Notes under the pieces: generated by a model
Told to the model about the DNA's origin: nothing
What the model saw: the letters and a program-made list of their open reading frames with translations, nothing else
Database searches by the model: none
In this document: positions 39,201 through 54,200 of the stretch, piece after piece
Layout: every line of letters starts with the position of its first letter
Numbering within the stretch: the stretch's first letter is position 1
Assembly (NCBI GenBank): GCA_964016885.1
Contig: OZ024741.1
Span: 68,882,001-68,946,000, forward strand
Direction: 5' to 3'
DNA: 64,000 nucleotides
Source of the DNA: Eledone cirrhosa
Taxonomy: Eukaryota
Made by a program: the position numbers and the translations under genes

Positions 39201-42200
39201 AAACATATAGACCATGTTGTTACCAAGATAAAACATAGGGACCATGTTGTTACCAAGATAAAACATATAAACCATATTGTTACCAAGATAAAACATAGAG
39301 ACCATGTTGTTGCCAAGATAAAACATATAGAACATGTTGTTACCAAGATAAAACATATAGACCATTATGTTACCAAGATAAAACATAGAGACCTTTGTGT
39401 TGCCAAGATAAAACATAAAGACCATGTTGTTGCCAAGATAAAACATAAAGAACATGTTGTTACCCAGATAAAACATATAGACCATGTTGTTACAAAGATA
39501 AAACATGAAGACCATTTTGTTGCCAAGATAAAACATAAAGACCATGTTGATATCAACGTAAAACATAGGGACCAAGATAAAACATAGAGACCATGTTGTT
39601 ACCAAGATAAAACATAGAGACCATGTTGTTACCAAGATAAAACATATAGACCATGTTGTTACCAAAATAAAACATAGGGACCAAGATAGAACAGAGAGAC
39701 CATGTTGTTGCCAAGATAAAACATAAAGAACATGTTGTTACCCAGATAAAACATATAGACCATGTTGTTACAAAGATAAAACATGAAGACCATTTTGTTG
39801 CCAAGATAAAACATAAAGACCATGTTGATATCAACGTAAAACATAGGGACCAAGATAAAACATAGAGACCATGTTGTTACCAAGATACAACATACAGACC
39901 ATGTTATTACCAAGATAAAACATATAGAACATGTTGTTACCAAGATAAAACATTATAGACCATGTTGTTGCCAGGATAAGACATATAGACCATGTTGTTA
40001 CCAAGATAAAACATACAGACCATGTTGTTGCCAAGATAAAACATAAAGACCATGTCGTTACCAACATAAAACATATAGACCATGTTGTTACCAAGATAAA
40101 ACATATAGACCATGTTGTTACCAAGATAAAACATGGGGACCATGTTGTTGCCAAGATAAAACATAGAGACCATATTGTTACCAATATAAAACATAAAGAC
40201 CATGTTGTTGCCAGGATAAAACATATAGAACATGTTGTTACCAAGATAAAACATATAGACCATGTTGTTACCAAGATAAAACATAGAGACCATGTTGTTG
40301 CCAAGATAAAACATATAGACCATTATGTTACCAAGATAAAACATAGAGACCTTGTTGTTGCCAAGATAAAACATAAAGACCATGTTGTTGCCAAGATAAA
40401 ACATAAAGAAGATGTTGTTACCCAGATAAAACATATAGACCATGTTGTTACAAAGATAAAACATAGGGACCATGTTGTTGCCAAGATAAAACATATAGAC
40501 CATGTTGTTATCAACGTAAAACATAGTGACCAAGATAAAACATAGAGACCATGTTGTTACCAAGATAAAACTTATAGACCATTATGTTACCAAGATAAAA
40601 CATAGAGACCTTGTTGTTGCAAAGATAAAACATAAACACCATGTTGTTGCCAAGATAAAACATAAAGAACATGTTGTTACCAAGATAAAACATATAGACC
40701 ATGTTGTTGACAAGATAAAACATAGGGACCATGTTGTTGCCAAGATAAAACATATAGACCATGTTGTTGCCAAGATAAAACATATAGACCATGTTTTTGC
40801 CAAGATAAAACATAGGGACCAGGATAAAACATAAAAATCATGTTGTTGCCTAGATAAAACATATAGACCATGTTGTTGCCAAGATAAAACATATAGACCA
40901 TGTTGTTGCCAAGATAAAACATTAAGAACATGTTACCCAGATAAAACATAAAGACCATGTTGTTGCCAAGATAAAACATATAGAGCATGTTGTTACCAAG
41001 ATAAAACATATAGAGCATGTTGTTACCAACATAAAAATTATAGAGCATGTTGTAACCAAGATAAAACATAAAGACCATATTGTTGCCAAGATAAAACATA
41101 TAGACCATGATGTTACAAAGATGAAACATAGGGACCAAGATAAAACTTAGAGACCATGTTGTTACCAAGATAAAACATATAGACCATGTTGTTACCAAGA
41201 TAAAACATATAGACCATGTTGTTGCCAAGAGGAAATATAAAGACCTTGTTGTTGCCAAGATAAAACATAAAGACCATGTTGTTGCCAAGATGAAACATAA
41301 AGAACATGTTGTTACCCAGATAAAACATATAGACCATGTTGTTACAAAGGTAAAACATAGGGACCATGTTGTTGCCAAGATAAAACATATAGACCATGTT
41401 GTTATCAACGTAAAACATAGGGACCAAGATAAAACAGAGAGGCCATGTTGTTGCCAAGATAAAACATAGAAACCATGTTGTTGCCAAGATAAAACATAGG
41501 GACCAAGAGAAAACATAGAGACCTTGTTCTTACCAAGATACAACATACAGATCATGTTATTACCAAGATAAAACATATAGAACATGTTGTTACCAAGATA
41601 AAACATTATAGACCATGTTGTTGCCAAGATAAAACATAAAGACCATGTCGTTACCAACATAAAACATATAGACCATGTTGTTACCAAGATAAAACATATA
41701 GACCATGTTGTTACCAAGATAAAACATATAAACCATGTTGTTACCAAGATAAAACATAGAGACCATGTTGTTGCCAAGATAAAACATAGAGACCATATTG
41801 TTACCAATATAAAATATAAAGACCATGTTGTTGCCAAGATAAAACATATAGAACATGTTGTTACCAAGATAAAACATATAGACCATGTTGTTACCAAGAT
41901 AAAACATAGGGACCATGTTGTTACCAAGATAAAACATATAAACCATGTTGTTACCAAGATAAAACATAGAGACCATGTTGTTGCCAAGATAAAACATATA
42001 GAACATGTTGTTACCAAGATAAAACATATAGACCATTATGTTACCAAGATAAAACATAGAGACCTTTGTGTTGCCAAGATAAAACATAAAGACCATGTTG
42101 TTGCCAAGATAAAACATAAAGAACATGTTGTTACCCAGATAAAACATATAGACCATGTTGTTACAAAGATAAAACATGAAGACCATTTTGTTGCCAAGAT

Positions 42201-45200
42201 AAAACATAAAGACCATGTTGATATCAACGTAAAACATAGGGACCAAGATAAAACATAGAGACCATGTTGTTACCAAGATAAAACATAGAGACCATGTTGT
42301 TACCAAGATAAAACATATAGACCATGTTGTTACCAAAATAAAACATAGGGACCAAGATAAAACAGAGAGACCATGTTGTTGCCAAGATAAAACATAGAAA
42401 CCATGTTGTTGCCAAGATAAAACATAGGGACCAAGATAAAACATAGAGACCATGTTGTTACCAAGATACAACATACAGACCATGTTATTACCAAGATAAA
42501 ACATATAGAACATGTTGTTACCAAGATAAAACATTATAGACCATGTTGTTGCCAGGATAAAACATATAGACCATGTTGTTACCAAGATAAAACATACAGA
42601 CCATGTTGTTGCCAAGATAAAGCATAAAGACCATGTCGTTACCAACATAAAACATATAGACCATGTTGTTACCAAGATAAAACATATAGACCATGTTGTT
42701 ACCAAGATAAAACATGGGGACCATGTTGTTGCCAAGATAAAACATAGAGACCATATTGTTACCAATATAAAACATAAAGACCATGTTGTTGCCAGGATAA
42801 AACATATAGAACATGTTGTTACCAAGATAAAACATATAGACCATGTTGTTACCAAGATAAAACATAGAGACCATGTTGTTGCCAAGATAAAACATATAGA
42901 CCATTATGTTACCAAGATAAAACATAGAGACCTTGTTGTTGCCAAGATAAAACATAAAGACCATGTTGTTGCCAAGATAGAACATAAAGAAGATGTTGTT
43001 ACCCAGATAAAACATATAGACCATGTTGTTACAAAGATAAAACATAGGGACCATGTTGTTGCCAAGATAAAACATATAGACCATGTTGTTATCAACGTAA
43101 AACATAGTGACCAAGATAAAACATAGAGACCATGTTGTTACCAAGATAAAACTTATAGACCATTATGTTACCAAGATAAAACATAGAGACCTTGTTGTTG
43201 CAAAGATAAAACATAAACACCATGTTGTTGCCAAGATAAAACATAAAGAACATGTTGTTACCAAGATAAAACATATAGACCATGTTGTTGACAAGATAAA
43301 ACATAGGGACCATGTTGTTGCCAAGATAAAACATATAGACCATGTTGTTGCCAAGATAAAACATATAGACCATGTTTTTGCCAAGATAAAACATAGGGAC
43401 CAAGATAAAACATAAAAACCATGTTGTTGCCTAGATAAAACATATAGACCATGTTGTTGCCAAGATAAAACATATAGACCATGTTGTTGCCAAGATAAAA
43501 CATTAAGAACATGTTGTTACCCAGATAAAACATAAAGACCATGTTGTTGCCAAGATAAAACATATAGAGCATGTTGTTACCAAGATAAAACATATAGAGC
43601 ATGTTGTTACCAACATAAATATTATAGAGCATGTTGTAACCAAGATAAAACATAAAGACCATATTGTTGCCAAGATAAAACATATAGACCATGATGTTAC
43701 AAAGATGAAACATAGGGACCAAGATAAAACTTAGAGACCATGTTGTTACCAAGATAAAACATATAGACCATGTTGTTACCAAGATAAAACATATAGACCA
43801 TGTTGTTGCCAAGAGGAAATATAAAGACCTTGTTGTTGCCAAGATAAAACATAAAGACCATGTTGTTGCCAAGATGAAACATAAAGAACATGTTGTTACC
43901 CAGATAAAACATATAGACCATGTTGTTACAAAGATAAAACATAGGGACCATGTTGTTGCCAAGATAAAACATATAGACCATGTTGTTATCAACGTAAAAC
44001 ATAGGGACCAAGATAAAACATAGAGACCATGTTGTTACCAAGATAAAACTTATAGACCATTATGTTACCAAGATAAAACATAGAGACCTTGTTGTTGCAA
44101 AGATAAAACATAAACACCATGTTGTTGCCAAGATAAAACATAAAGAACATGTTGTTACCAAGATAAAACATATAGACCATGTTGTTGACAAGATAAAACA
44201 TAGGGACCATGTTGTTGCCAAGATAAAACATATAGACCATGTTGTTGCCAAGATAAAACATATAGACCATGTTGTTGCCAAGAGGAAATATAAAGACCAT
44301 GTTGTTACCAAGATAAAACATAGAGACCATGTTGTTGACAAGATAAAACATATAGAACATGTTGTTACCAAGATAAAACATATAGACCATGTTGTTACAA
44401 AAATAAAACATACAGACCATGTTGTTACCAAGATAAAATATAAAGACCATTTTGTTATCAACATAAAACATAGGGACCAAGATAAAACATAGGGACCAAG
44501 ATAAAACATAAAAACCATGTTGTTGCCTAGATAAAACATATAGACCATGTTGTTGCCAAGATAAAACATATAGACCATGTTGTTGCCAAGATAAAACATT
44601 AAGAACATGTTGTTACCCAGATAAAACATAAAGACCATGTTGTTGCCAAGATAAAACATATAGAGCATGTTGTTACCAAGATAAAACATATAGAGCATGT
44701 TGTTACCAACATAAAAATTATAGAGCATGTTGTAACCAAGATAAAACATAAAGACCATATTGTTGCCAAGATAAAACATATAGACCATGATGTTACAAAG
44801 ATGAAACATAGGGACCAAGATAAAACTTAGAGACCATGTTGTTACCAAGATAAAACATATAGACCATGTTGTTACCAAGATAAAACATATAGACCATGTT
44901 GTTGCCAAGAGGAAATATAAAGACCTTGTTGTTGCCAAGATAAAACATAAAGACCATGTTGTTGCCAAGATGAAACATAAAGAACATGTTGTTACCCAGA
45001 TAAAACATATAGACCATGTTGTTACAAAGATAAAACATAGGGACCATGTTGTTGCCAAGATAAAACATATAGACCATGTTGTTATCAACGTAAAACATAG
45101 GGACCAAGATAAAACATAGAGACCATGTTGTTACCAAGATAAAACTTATAGACCATTATGTTACCAAGATAAAACATAGAGACCTTGTTGTTGCAAAGAT

Positions 45201-48200
45201 AAAACATAAACACCATGTTGTTGCCAAGATAAAACATAAAGAACATGTTGTTACCAAGATAAAACATATAGACCATGTTGTTGACAAGATAAAACATAGG
45301 GACCATGTTGTTGCCAAGATAAAACATATAGACCATGTTGTTGCCAAGATAAAACATATAGACCATGTTGTTGCCAAGAGGAAATATAAAGACCATGTTG
45401 TTACCAAGATAAAACATAGAGACCATGTTGTTGACAAGATAAAACATATAGAACATGTTGTTACCAAGATAAAACATATAGACCATGTTGTTACAAAAAT
45501 AAAACATACAGACCATGTTGTTACCAAGATAAAATATAAAGACCATTTTGTTATCAACATAAAACATAGGGACCAAGATAAAACATAGAGACCATGTTGT
45601 TACCAAGATAAAACATATAGACCATGTTGTTACCGAGATAAAACATAGAGATCATGTTGTTACCAAGATAAAACATAGAGACCATGTTGTTACTGAAATA
45701 AAACATAGGGACCAAGATAAAACATAGAGACCATGTTGTTGCCAAGATAAAACATAGAAACCATGTTGTTGCCAAGATAAAACATATAGACCATGTTGTT
45801 AATAAGATAAAACATAAACACCATGTTGTTACCAAGATAAAACATAAAGACCATGTCGTTACCAAGATAAAACATAGGGACCAAGATAAAACATAGAGAC
45901 CATGTTGTTACCAAGAGAAAACATATAGACCATGTTGTTACCAAGATAAAACATAGAGACCATGTTGTTACCAAGATAAAACATAGAGATCATGTTGTTA
46001 CCAATATAAAACATAGAGACCATGTTGTTACCAAGATAAAACGTAGAGACCATGTTGTTACCAAGATAAAACATATAGACCATGTTGTTACCAAGATAAA
46101 AAAATAAAGAGCATGTTGTTGCCAAGATAAAGCATAAAGACCGTGTTGTTGCCAAGATAAAACATATAGAACATGATGTTGCTAAGATAAAACATATAGA
46201 CCATGTTGTAACAAGATAAAGCATATAGACCATGTTGTACAAAGATAAAACATATAGAGCATGTTGTTACCAAGATAAAACATAAAGACCATATTGTTAC
46301 CAAGATAAAACATAGGGACCAAGATAAAACATAGAGACCATGTTGTTACCAAGAGAAAACATATAGACCATGTTGTTACCAAGATAAAACATAGAGACCA
46401 TGTTGTTACCAAGATAAAACATAGAGATCATGTTGTTACCAAGATAAAACATAGAGACCATGTTGTTACCAAGATAAAACATAGAGACCATGTTGTTACC
46501 AAGATAAAACATATAGACCATGTTGTTACCAAAATAAAACATAGGGACCAAGATAAAACAGAGAGACCATGTTGTTGCCAAGATAAAACATAGAAACCAT
46601 GTTGTTGCCAAGATATAACATAGGGACCAAGATAAAACATAGAGACCATGTTCTTACCAAGATACAACATACAGATCATGTTATTACCAAGATAAAACAT
46701 ATAGAACATGTTGTTACCAAGATAAAACATTATAGACCATGTTGTTGCCAAGATAAAACATATAGACCATGTTGTTACCAAGATAAAAGATACAGACCAT
46801 GTTGTTGCCAAGATAAAACATAAAGACCATGTCGTTACCAACATAAAACATATAGAGCATGTTGTTACCAAGATAAAACATATAGACCATGTTGTTACCA
46901 AGATAAATCATGGGGACCATGTTGTTGCCAAGATAAAACATAGAGACCATATTGTTACCAATATAAAATATAAAGACCATGTTGTTGCCAAGATAAAACA
47001 TATAGAACATGTTGTTACCAAGATAAAACATATAGACCATGTTGTTACCAAGATAAAACATAGGGACCATGTTGTTACCAAGATAAAACATATAAACCAT
47101 GTTGTTACCAAGATAAAACATATAGACCATGTTGTTACCAAGATAAAACATATAGACCATGTTGTTACCAAGATAAAACATATAGACCATGTTGTTGCCA
47201 AGACAAAAAAAAAGGACCATGTTGTTACCAAGATAAAACATATAGAACATGTTGTTACCAAGATAAAACATAGGGACCACGTTGTTACCAAGATAAAACA
47301 TAGAGACCATGTTGTTACCAAGATAAAACATAGAGACCATGTTGTTACCAAGATAAAACATAGGGACCAAGATAAAACATATAGACCATGTGGTTGAAAA
47401 GATAAAACATATAGACCATGTTGTTACCAAGATAAAACATGGAGACCATGTTGTTACCAAGATAAAACATATAGAACATCTTGTTGCCAAGATAAAAAAT
47501 ATAGACCATGTTGTTGCCAAGATAAATCATATAGACCATGTTGTAACAAGATAAACATATAGACCATGTTGTACAAAGATAAAACATATAGAGCATGTTG
47601 TTACCAAGATAAAACATATAGACCATGTTGTTACCAAGATAAAACATAAAGACCATATTGTTACCAAGATAAAACATAGGGACCAAGATAAAACATAGAG
47701 ACCATGTTGTTACCAAGAGAAAACATATAGACCATGTTGTTACCAAGATAAAACATAGAGACCATGTTGTTACCAAGATAAAACATAGAGATCATGTTGT
47801 TACCATGATAAAACATAGAGACCATGTTGTTACCAAGATAAAACGTAGAGACCATGTTGTTACCAAGATAAAACATATAGACCATGTTGTTACCAAAATA
47901 AAACATAGGGACCAAGATAAAACAGAGAGACCATGTTGTTGCCAAGATAAAACATAGAAACCATGTTGTTGCCAAGATAAAACATAGGGACCAAGATAAA
48001 ACATAGAGACCATGTTCTTACCAAGATACAACATACAGATCATGTTATTACCAAGATAAAACATATAGAACATGATGTTACCAAGATAAAAGATACAGAC
48101 CATGTTGTTGCCAAGATAAAACATAAAGACCATGTCGTTACCAACATAAAACATATAGAGCATGTTGTTACCAAGATAAAACATATAGACCATGTTGTTA

Positions 48201-51200
48201 CCAAGATAAATCATGTGGACCATGTTGTTGCCAAGATAAAACATAGAGACCATATTGTTACCAATATAAAATATAAAGACCATGTTGTTGCCAAGATAAA
48301 ACATATAGAACATGTTGTTACCAAGATAAAACATATAGACCATGTTGTTACCAAGATAAAACATAGGGACCATGTTGTTACCAAGATAAAACATATAAAC
48401 CATGTTGTTACCAAGATAAAACATAGAGACCATGTTGTTGCCAAGATAAAACATATAGACCATTATGTTACCAAGATAAAACATAGAGACCTTGTTGTTG
48501 CCAAGATAAAACATATAGACCATGATGTTACAAAGATGAAACATAGGGACCAAGATAAAACTTAGAGACCATGTTGTTACCAAGATAAAACATATAGACC
48601 ATGTTGTTACCAAGATAAAACATATAGACCATGTTGTTGCCAAGAGGAAATATAAAGACCTTGTTGTTGCCAAGATAAAACATAAAGACCATGTTGTTGC
48701 CAAGATGAAACATAAAGAACATGTTGTTACCCAGATAAAACATATAGACCATGTTGTTACAAAGATAAAACATAGGGACCATGTTGTTGCCAAGATAAAA
48801 CATATAGACCATGTTGTTATCAACGTAAAACATAGGGACCAAGATAAAACATAGAGACCATGTTGTTACCAAGATAAAACTTATAGACCATTATGTTACC
48901 AAGATAAAACATAGAGACCTTGTTGTTGCAAAGATAAAACATAAACACCATGTTGTTGCCAAGATAAAACATAAAGAACATGTTGTTACCAAGATAAAAC
49001 ATATAGACCATGTTGTTGACAAGATAAAACATAGGGACCATGTTGTTGCCAAGATAAAACATATAGACCATGTTGTTGCCAAGATAAAACATATAGACCA
49101 TGTTGTTGCCAAGAGGAAATATAAAGACCATGTTGTTACCAAGATAAAACATAGAGACCATGTTGTTGACAAGATAAAACATATAGAACATGTTGTTACC
49201 AAGATAAAACATATAGACCATGTTGTTACAAAAATAAAACATACAGACCATGTTGTTACCAAGATAAAATATAAAGACCATTTTGTTATCAACATAAAAC
49301 ATAGGGACCAAGATAAAACATAGAGACCATGTTGTTACCAAGATAAAACATATAGACCATGTTGTTACCGAGATAAAACATAGAGATCATGTTGTTACCA
49401 AGATAAAACATAGAGACCATGTTGTTACTGAAATAAAACATAGGGACCAAGATAAAACATAGAGACCATGTTGTTGCCAAGATAAAACATAGAAACCATG
49501 TTGTTGCCAAGATAAAACATATAGACCATGTTGTTAATAAGATAAAACATAAACACCATGTTGTTACCAAGATAAAACATAAAGACCATGTCGTTACCAA
49601 GATAAAACATAGGGACCAAGATAAAACATAGAGACCATGTTGTTACCAAGAGAAAACATATAGACCATGTTGTTACCAAGATAAAACATAGAGACCATGT
49701 TGTTACCAAGATAAAACATAGAGATCATGTTGTTACCAATATAAAACATAGAGACCATGTTGTTACCAAGATAAAACGTAGAGACCATGTTGTTACCAAG
49801 ATAAAACATATAGACCATGTTGTTACCAAGATAAAAAAATAAAGAGCATGTTGTTGCCAAGATAAAGCATAAAGACCGTGTTGTTGCCAAGATAAAACAT
49901 ATAGAACATGATGTTGCTAAGATAAAACATATAGACCATGTTGTAACAAGATAAAGCATATAGACCATGTTGTACAAAGATAAAACATATAGAGCATGTT
50001 GTTACCAAGATAAAACATAAAGACCATATTGTTACCAAGATAAAACATAGGGACCAAGATAAAACATAGAGACCATGTTGTTACCAAGAGAAAACATATA
50101 GACCATGTTGTTACCAAGATAAAACATAGAGACCATGTTGTTACCAAGATAAAACATAGAGATCATGTTGTTACCAAGATAAAACATAGAGACCATGTTG
50201 TTACCAAGATAAAACATAGAGACCATGTTGTTACCAAGATAAAACATATAGACCATGTTGTTACCAAAATAAAACATAGGGACCAAGATAAAACAGAGAG
50301 ACCATGTTGTTGCCAAGATAAAACATAGAAACCATGTTGTTGCCAAGATATAACATAGGGACCAAGATAAAACATAGAGACCATGTTCTTACCAAGATAC
50401 AACATACAGATCATGTTATTACCAAGATAAAACATATAGAACATGTTGTTACCAAGATAAAACATTATAGACCATGTTGTTGCCAAGATAAAACATATAG
50501 ACCATGTTGTTACCAAGATAAAAGATACAGACCATGTTGTTGCCAAGATAAAACATAAAGACCATGTCGTTACCAACATAAAACATATAGAGCATGTTGT
50601 TACCAAGATAAAACATATAGACCATGTTGTTACCAAGATAAATCATGGGGACCATGTTGTTGCCAAGATAAAACATAGAGACCATATTGTTACCAATATA
50701 AAATATAAAGACCATGTTGTTGCCAAGATAAAACATATAGAACATGTTGTTACCAAGATAAAACATATAGACCATGTTGTTACCAAGATAAAACATAGGG
50801 ACCATGTTGTTACCAAGATAAAACATATAAACCATGTTGTTACCAAGATAAAACATATAGACCATGTTGTTACCAAGATAAAACATATAGACCATGTTGT
50901 TACCAAGATAAAACATATAGACCATGTTGTTGCCAAGACAAAAAAAAAGGACCATGTTGTTACCAAGATAAAACATATAGAACATGTTGTTACCAAGATA
51001 AAACATAGGGACCACGTTGTTACCAAGATAAAACATAGAGACCATGTTGTTACCAAGATAAAACATAGAGACCATGTTGTTACCAAGATAAAACATAGGG
51101 ACCAAGATAAAACATATAGACCATGTGGTTGAAAAGATAAAACATATAGACCATGTTGTTACCAAGATAAAACATGGAGACCATGTTGTTACCAAGATAA

Positions 51201-54200
51201 AACATATAGAACATCTTGTTGCCAAGATAAAAAATATAGACCATGTTGTTGCCAAGATAAATCATATAGACCATGTTGTAACAAGATAAACATATAGACC
51301 ATGTTGTACAAAGATAAAACATATAGAGCATGTTGTTACCAAGATAAAACATATAGACCATGTTGTTACCAAGATAAAACATAAAGACCATATTGTTACC
51401 AAGATAAAACATAGGGACCAAGATAAAACATAGAGACCATGTTGTTACCAAGAGAAAACATATAGACCATGTTGTTACCAAGATAAAACATAGAGACCAT
51501 GTTGTTACCAAGATAAAACATAGAGATCATGTTGTTACCATGATAAAACATAGAGACCATGTTGTTACCAAGATAAAACGTAGAGACCATGTTGTTACCA
51601 AGATAAAACATATAGACCATGTTGTTACCAAAATAAAACATAGGGACCAAGATAAAACAGAGAGACCATGTTGTTGCCAAGATAAAACATAGAAACCATG
51701 TTGTTGCCAAGATAAAACATAGGGACCAAGATAAAACATAGAGACCATGTTCTTACCAAGATACAACATACAGATCATGTTATTACCAAGATAAAACATA
51801 TAGAACATGATGTTACCAAGATAAAAGATACAGACCATGTTGTTGCCAAGATAAAACATAAAGACCATGTCGTTACCAACATAAAACATATAGAGCATGT
51901 TGTTACCAAGATAAAACATATAGACCATGTTGTTACCAAGATAAATCATGTGGACCATGTTGTTGCCAAGATAAAACATAGAGACCATATTGTTACCAAT
52001 ATAAAATATAAAGACCATGTTGTTGCCAAGATAAAACATATAGAACATGTTGTTAACAAGATAAAACATATAGACCATGTTGTTACCAAGATAAAACATA
52101 GGGACCATGTTGTTACCAAGATAAAACATATAAACCATGTTGTTACCAAGATAAAACATAGAGACCATGTTGTTGCCAAGATAAAACATATAGACCATTA
52201 TGTTACCAAGATAAAACATAGAGACCTTGTTGTTGCCAAGATAAAACATAAAGACCATGTTGTTGCCAAGATAAAACATAAAGAACATGTTGTTACCCAG
52301 ATAAAACATATAGACCATGTTGTTACAAAGATAAAACATAGGGACCATGTTGTTGCCAAGATAAAACATATAGACCATGTTGTTATCAACGTAAAACATA
52401 GGGACCAAGATAAAACATAGAGACCATGTTGTTACCAAGATAAAACTTATAGACCATTATGTTACCAAGATAAAACATAGAGACCTTGTTGTTGCAAAGA
52501 TAAAACATAAACACCATGTTGTTGCCAAGATAAAACATAAAGAACATGTTGTTACCAAGATAAAACATATAGACCATGTTGTTGACAAGATAAAACATAG
52601 GGACCATGTTGTTGCCAAGATAAAACATATAGACCATGTTGTTGCCAAGATAAAACATATAGACCATGTTTTTGCCAAGATAAAACATATGGTCCAAGAT
52701 AAAACATAAAAACCATGTTGTTGCCTAGATAAAACATATAGACCATGTTGTTGCCAAGATAAAACATATAGACCATGTTGTTGCCAAGATAAAACATAAA
52801 GACCATGTCGTTACCAACATAAAACATATAGAGCATGTTGTTACCAAGATAAAACATATAGACCATGTTGTTACCAAGATAAATCATGGGGACCATGTTG
52901 TTGCCAAGATAAAACATAGAGACCATATTGTTACCAATATAAAATATAAAGACCATGTTGTTGCCAAGATAAAACATATAGAACATGTTGTTACCAAGAT
53001 AAAACATATAGACCATGTTGTTACCAAGATAAAACATAGGGACCATGTTGTTACCAAGATAAAACATATAAACCATGTTGTTACCAAGATAAAACATATA
53101 GACCATGTTGTTACCAAGATAAAACATATAGACCATGTTGTTACCAAGATAAAACATAGGGACCAAGATAAGACATATTGAACATGTTGTTGCCAAGATA
53201 AAACATAGGGACCATGTTGTTACCAAGATAAAACATATAGACCATGTTGTTACCAAGATAAAACATATAGACCATGTTGTTGCCAAGACAAAAAAAAAGG
53301 ACCATGTTGTTACCAAGATAAAACATATAGAACATGTTGTTACCAAGATAAAACATAGGGACCACGTTGTTACCAAGATAAAACATAGAGACCATGTTGT
53401 TACCAAGATAAAACATAGGGACCAAGATAAAACATATAGACCATGTGGTTGAAAAGATAAAACATATAGACCATGTTGTTACCAAGATAAAACATGGAGA
53501 CCATGTTGTTACCAAGATAAAACATATAGAACATCTTGTTGCCAAGATAAAAAATATAGACCATGTTGTTGCCAAGATAAATCATATAGACCATGTTGTA
53601 ACAAGATAAACATATAGACCATGTTGTACAAAGATAAAACATATAGAGCATGTTGTTACCAAGATAAAACATATAGACCATGTTGTTACCAAGATAAAAC
53701 ATAAAGACCATATTGTTACCAAGATAAAACATAGGGACCAAGATAAAACATAGAGACCATGTTGTTACCAAGAGAAAACATATAGACCATGTTGTTACCA
53801 AGATAAAACATAGAGACCATGTTGTTACCAAGATAAAACATAGAGATCATGTTGTTACCATGATAAAACATAGAGACCATGTTGTTACCAAGATAAAACG
53901 TAGAGACCATGTTGTTACCAAGATAAAACATATAGACCATGTTGTTACCAAAATAAAACATAGGGACCAAGATAAAACAGAGAGACCATGTTGTTGCCAA
54001 GATAAAACATAGAAACCATGTACTTGCCAAGATAAAACATAGGGACCAAGATAAAACATAGAGACCATGTTCTTACCAAGATACAACATACAGATCATGT
54101 TATTACCAAGATAAAACATATAGAACATGATGTTACCAAGATAAAAGATACAGACCATGTTGTTGCCAAGATAAAACATAAAGACCATGTCGTTACCAAC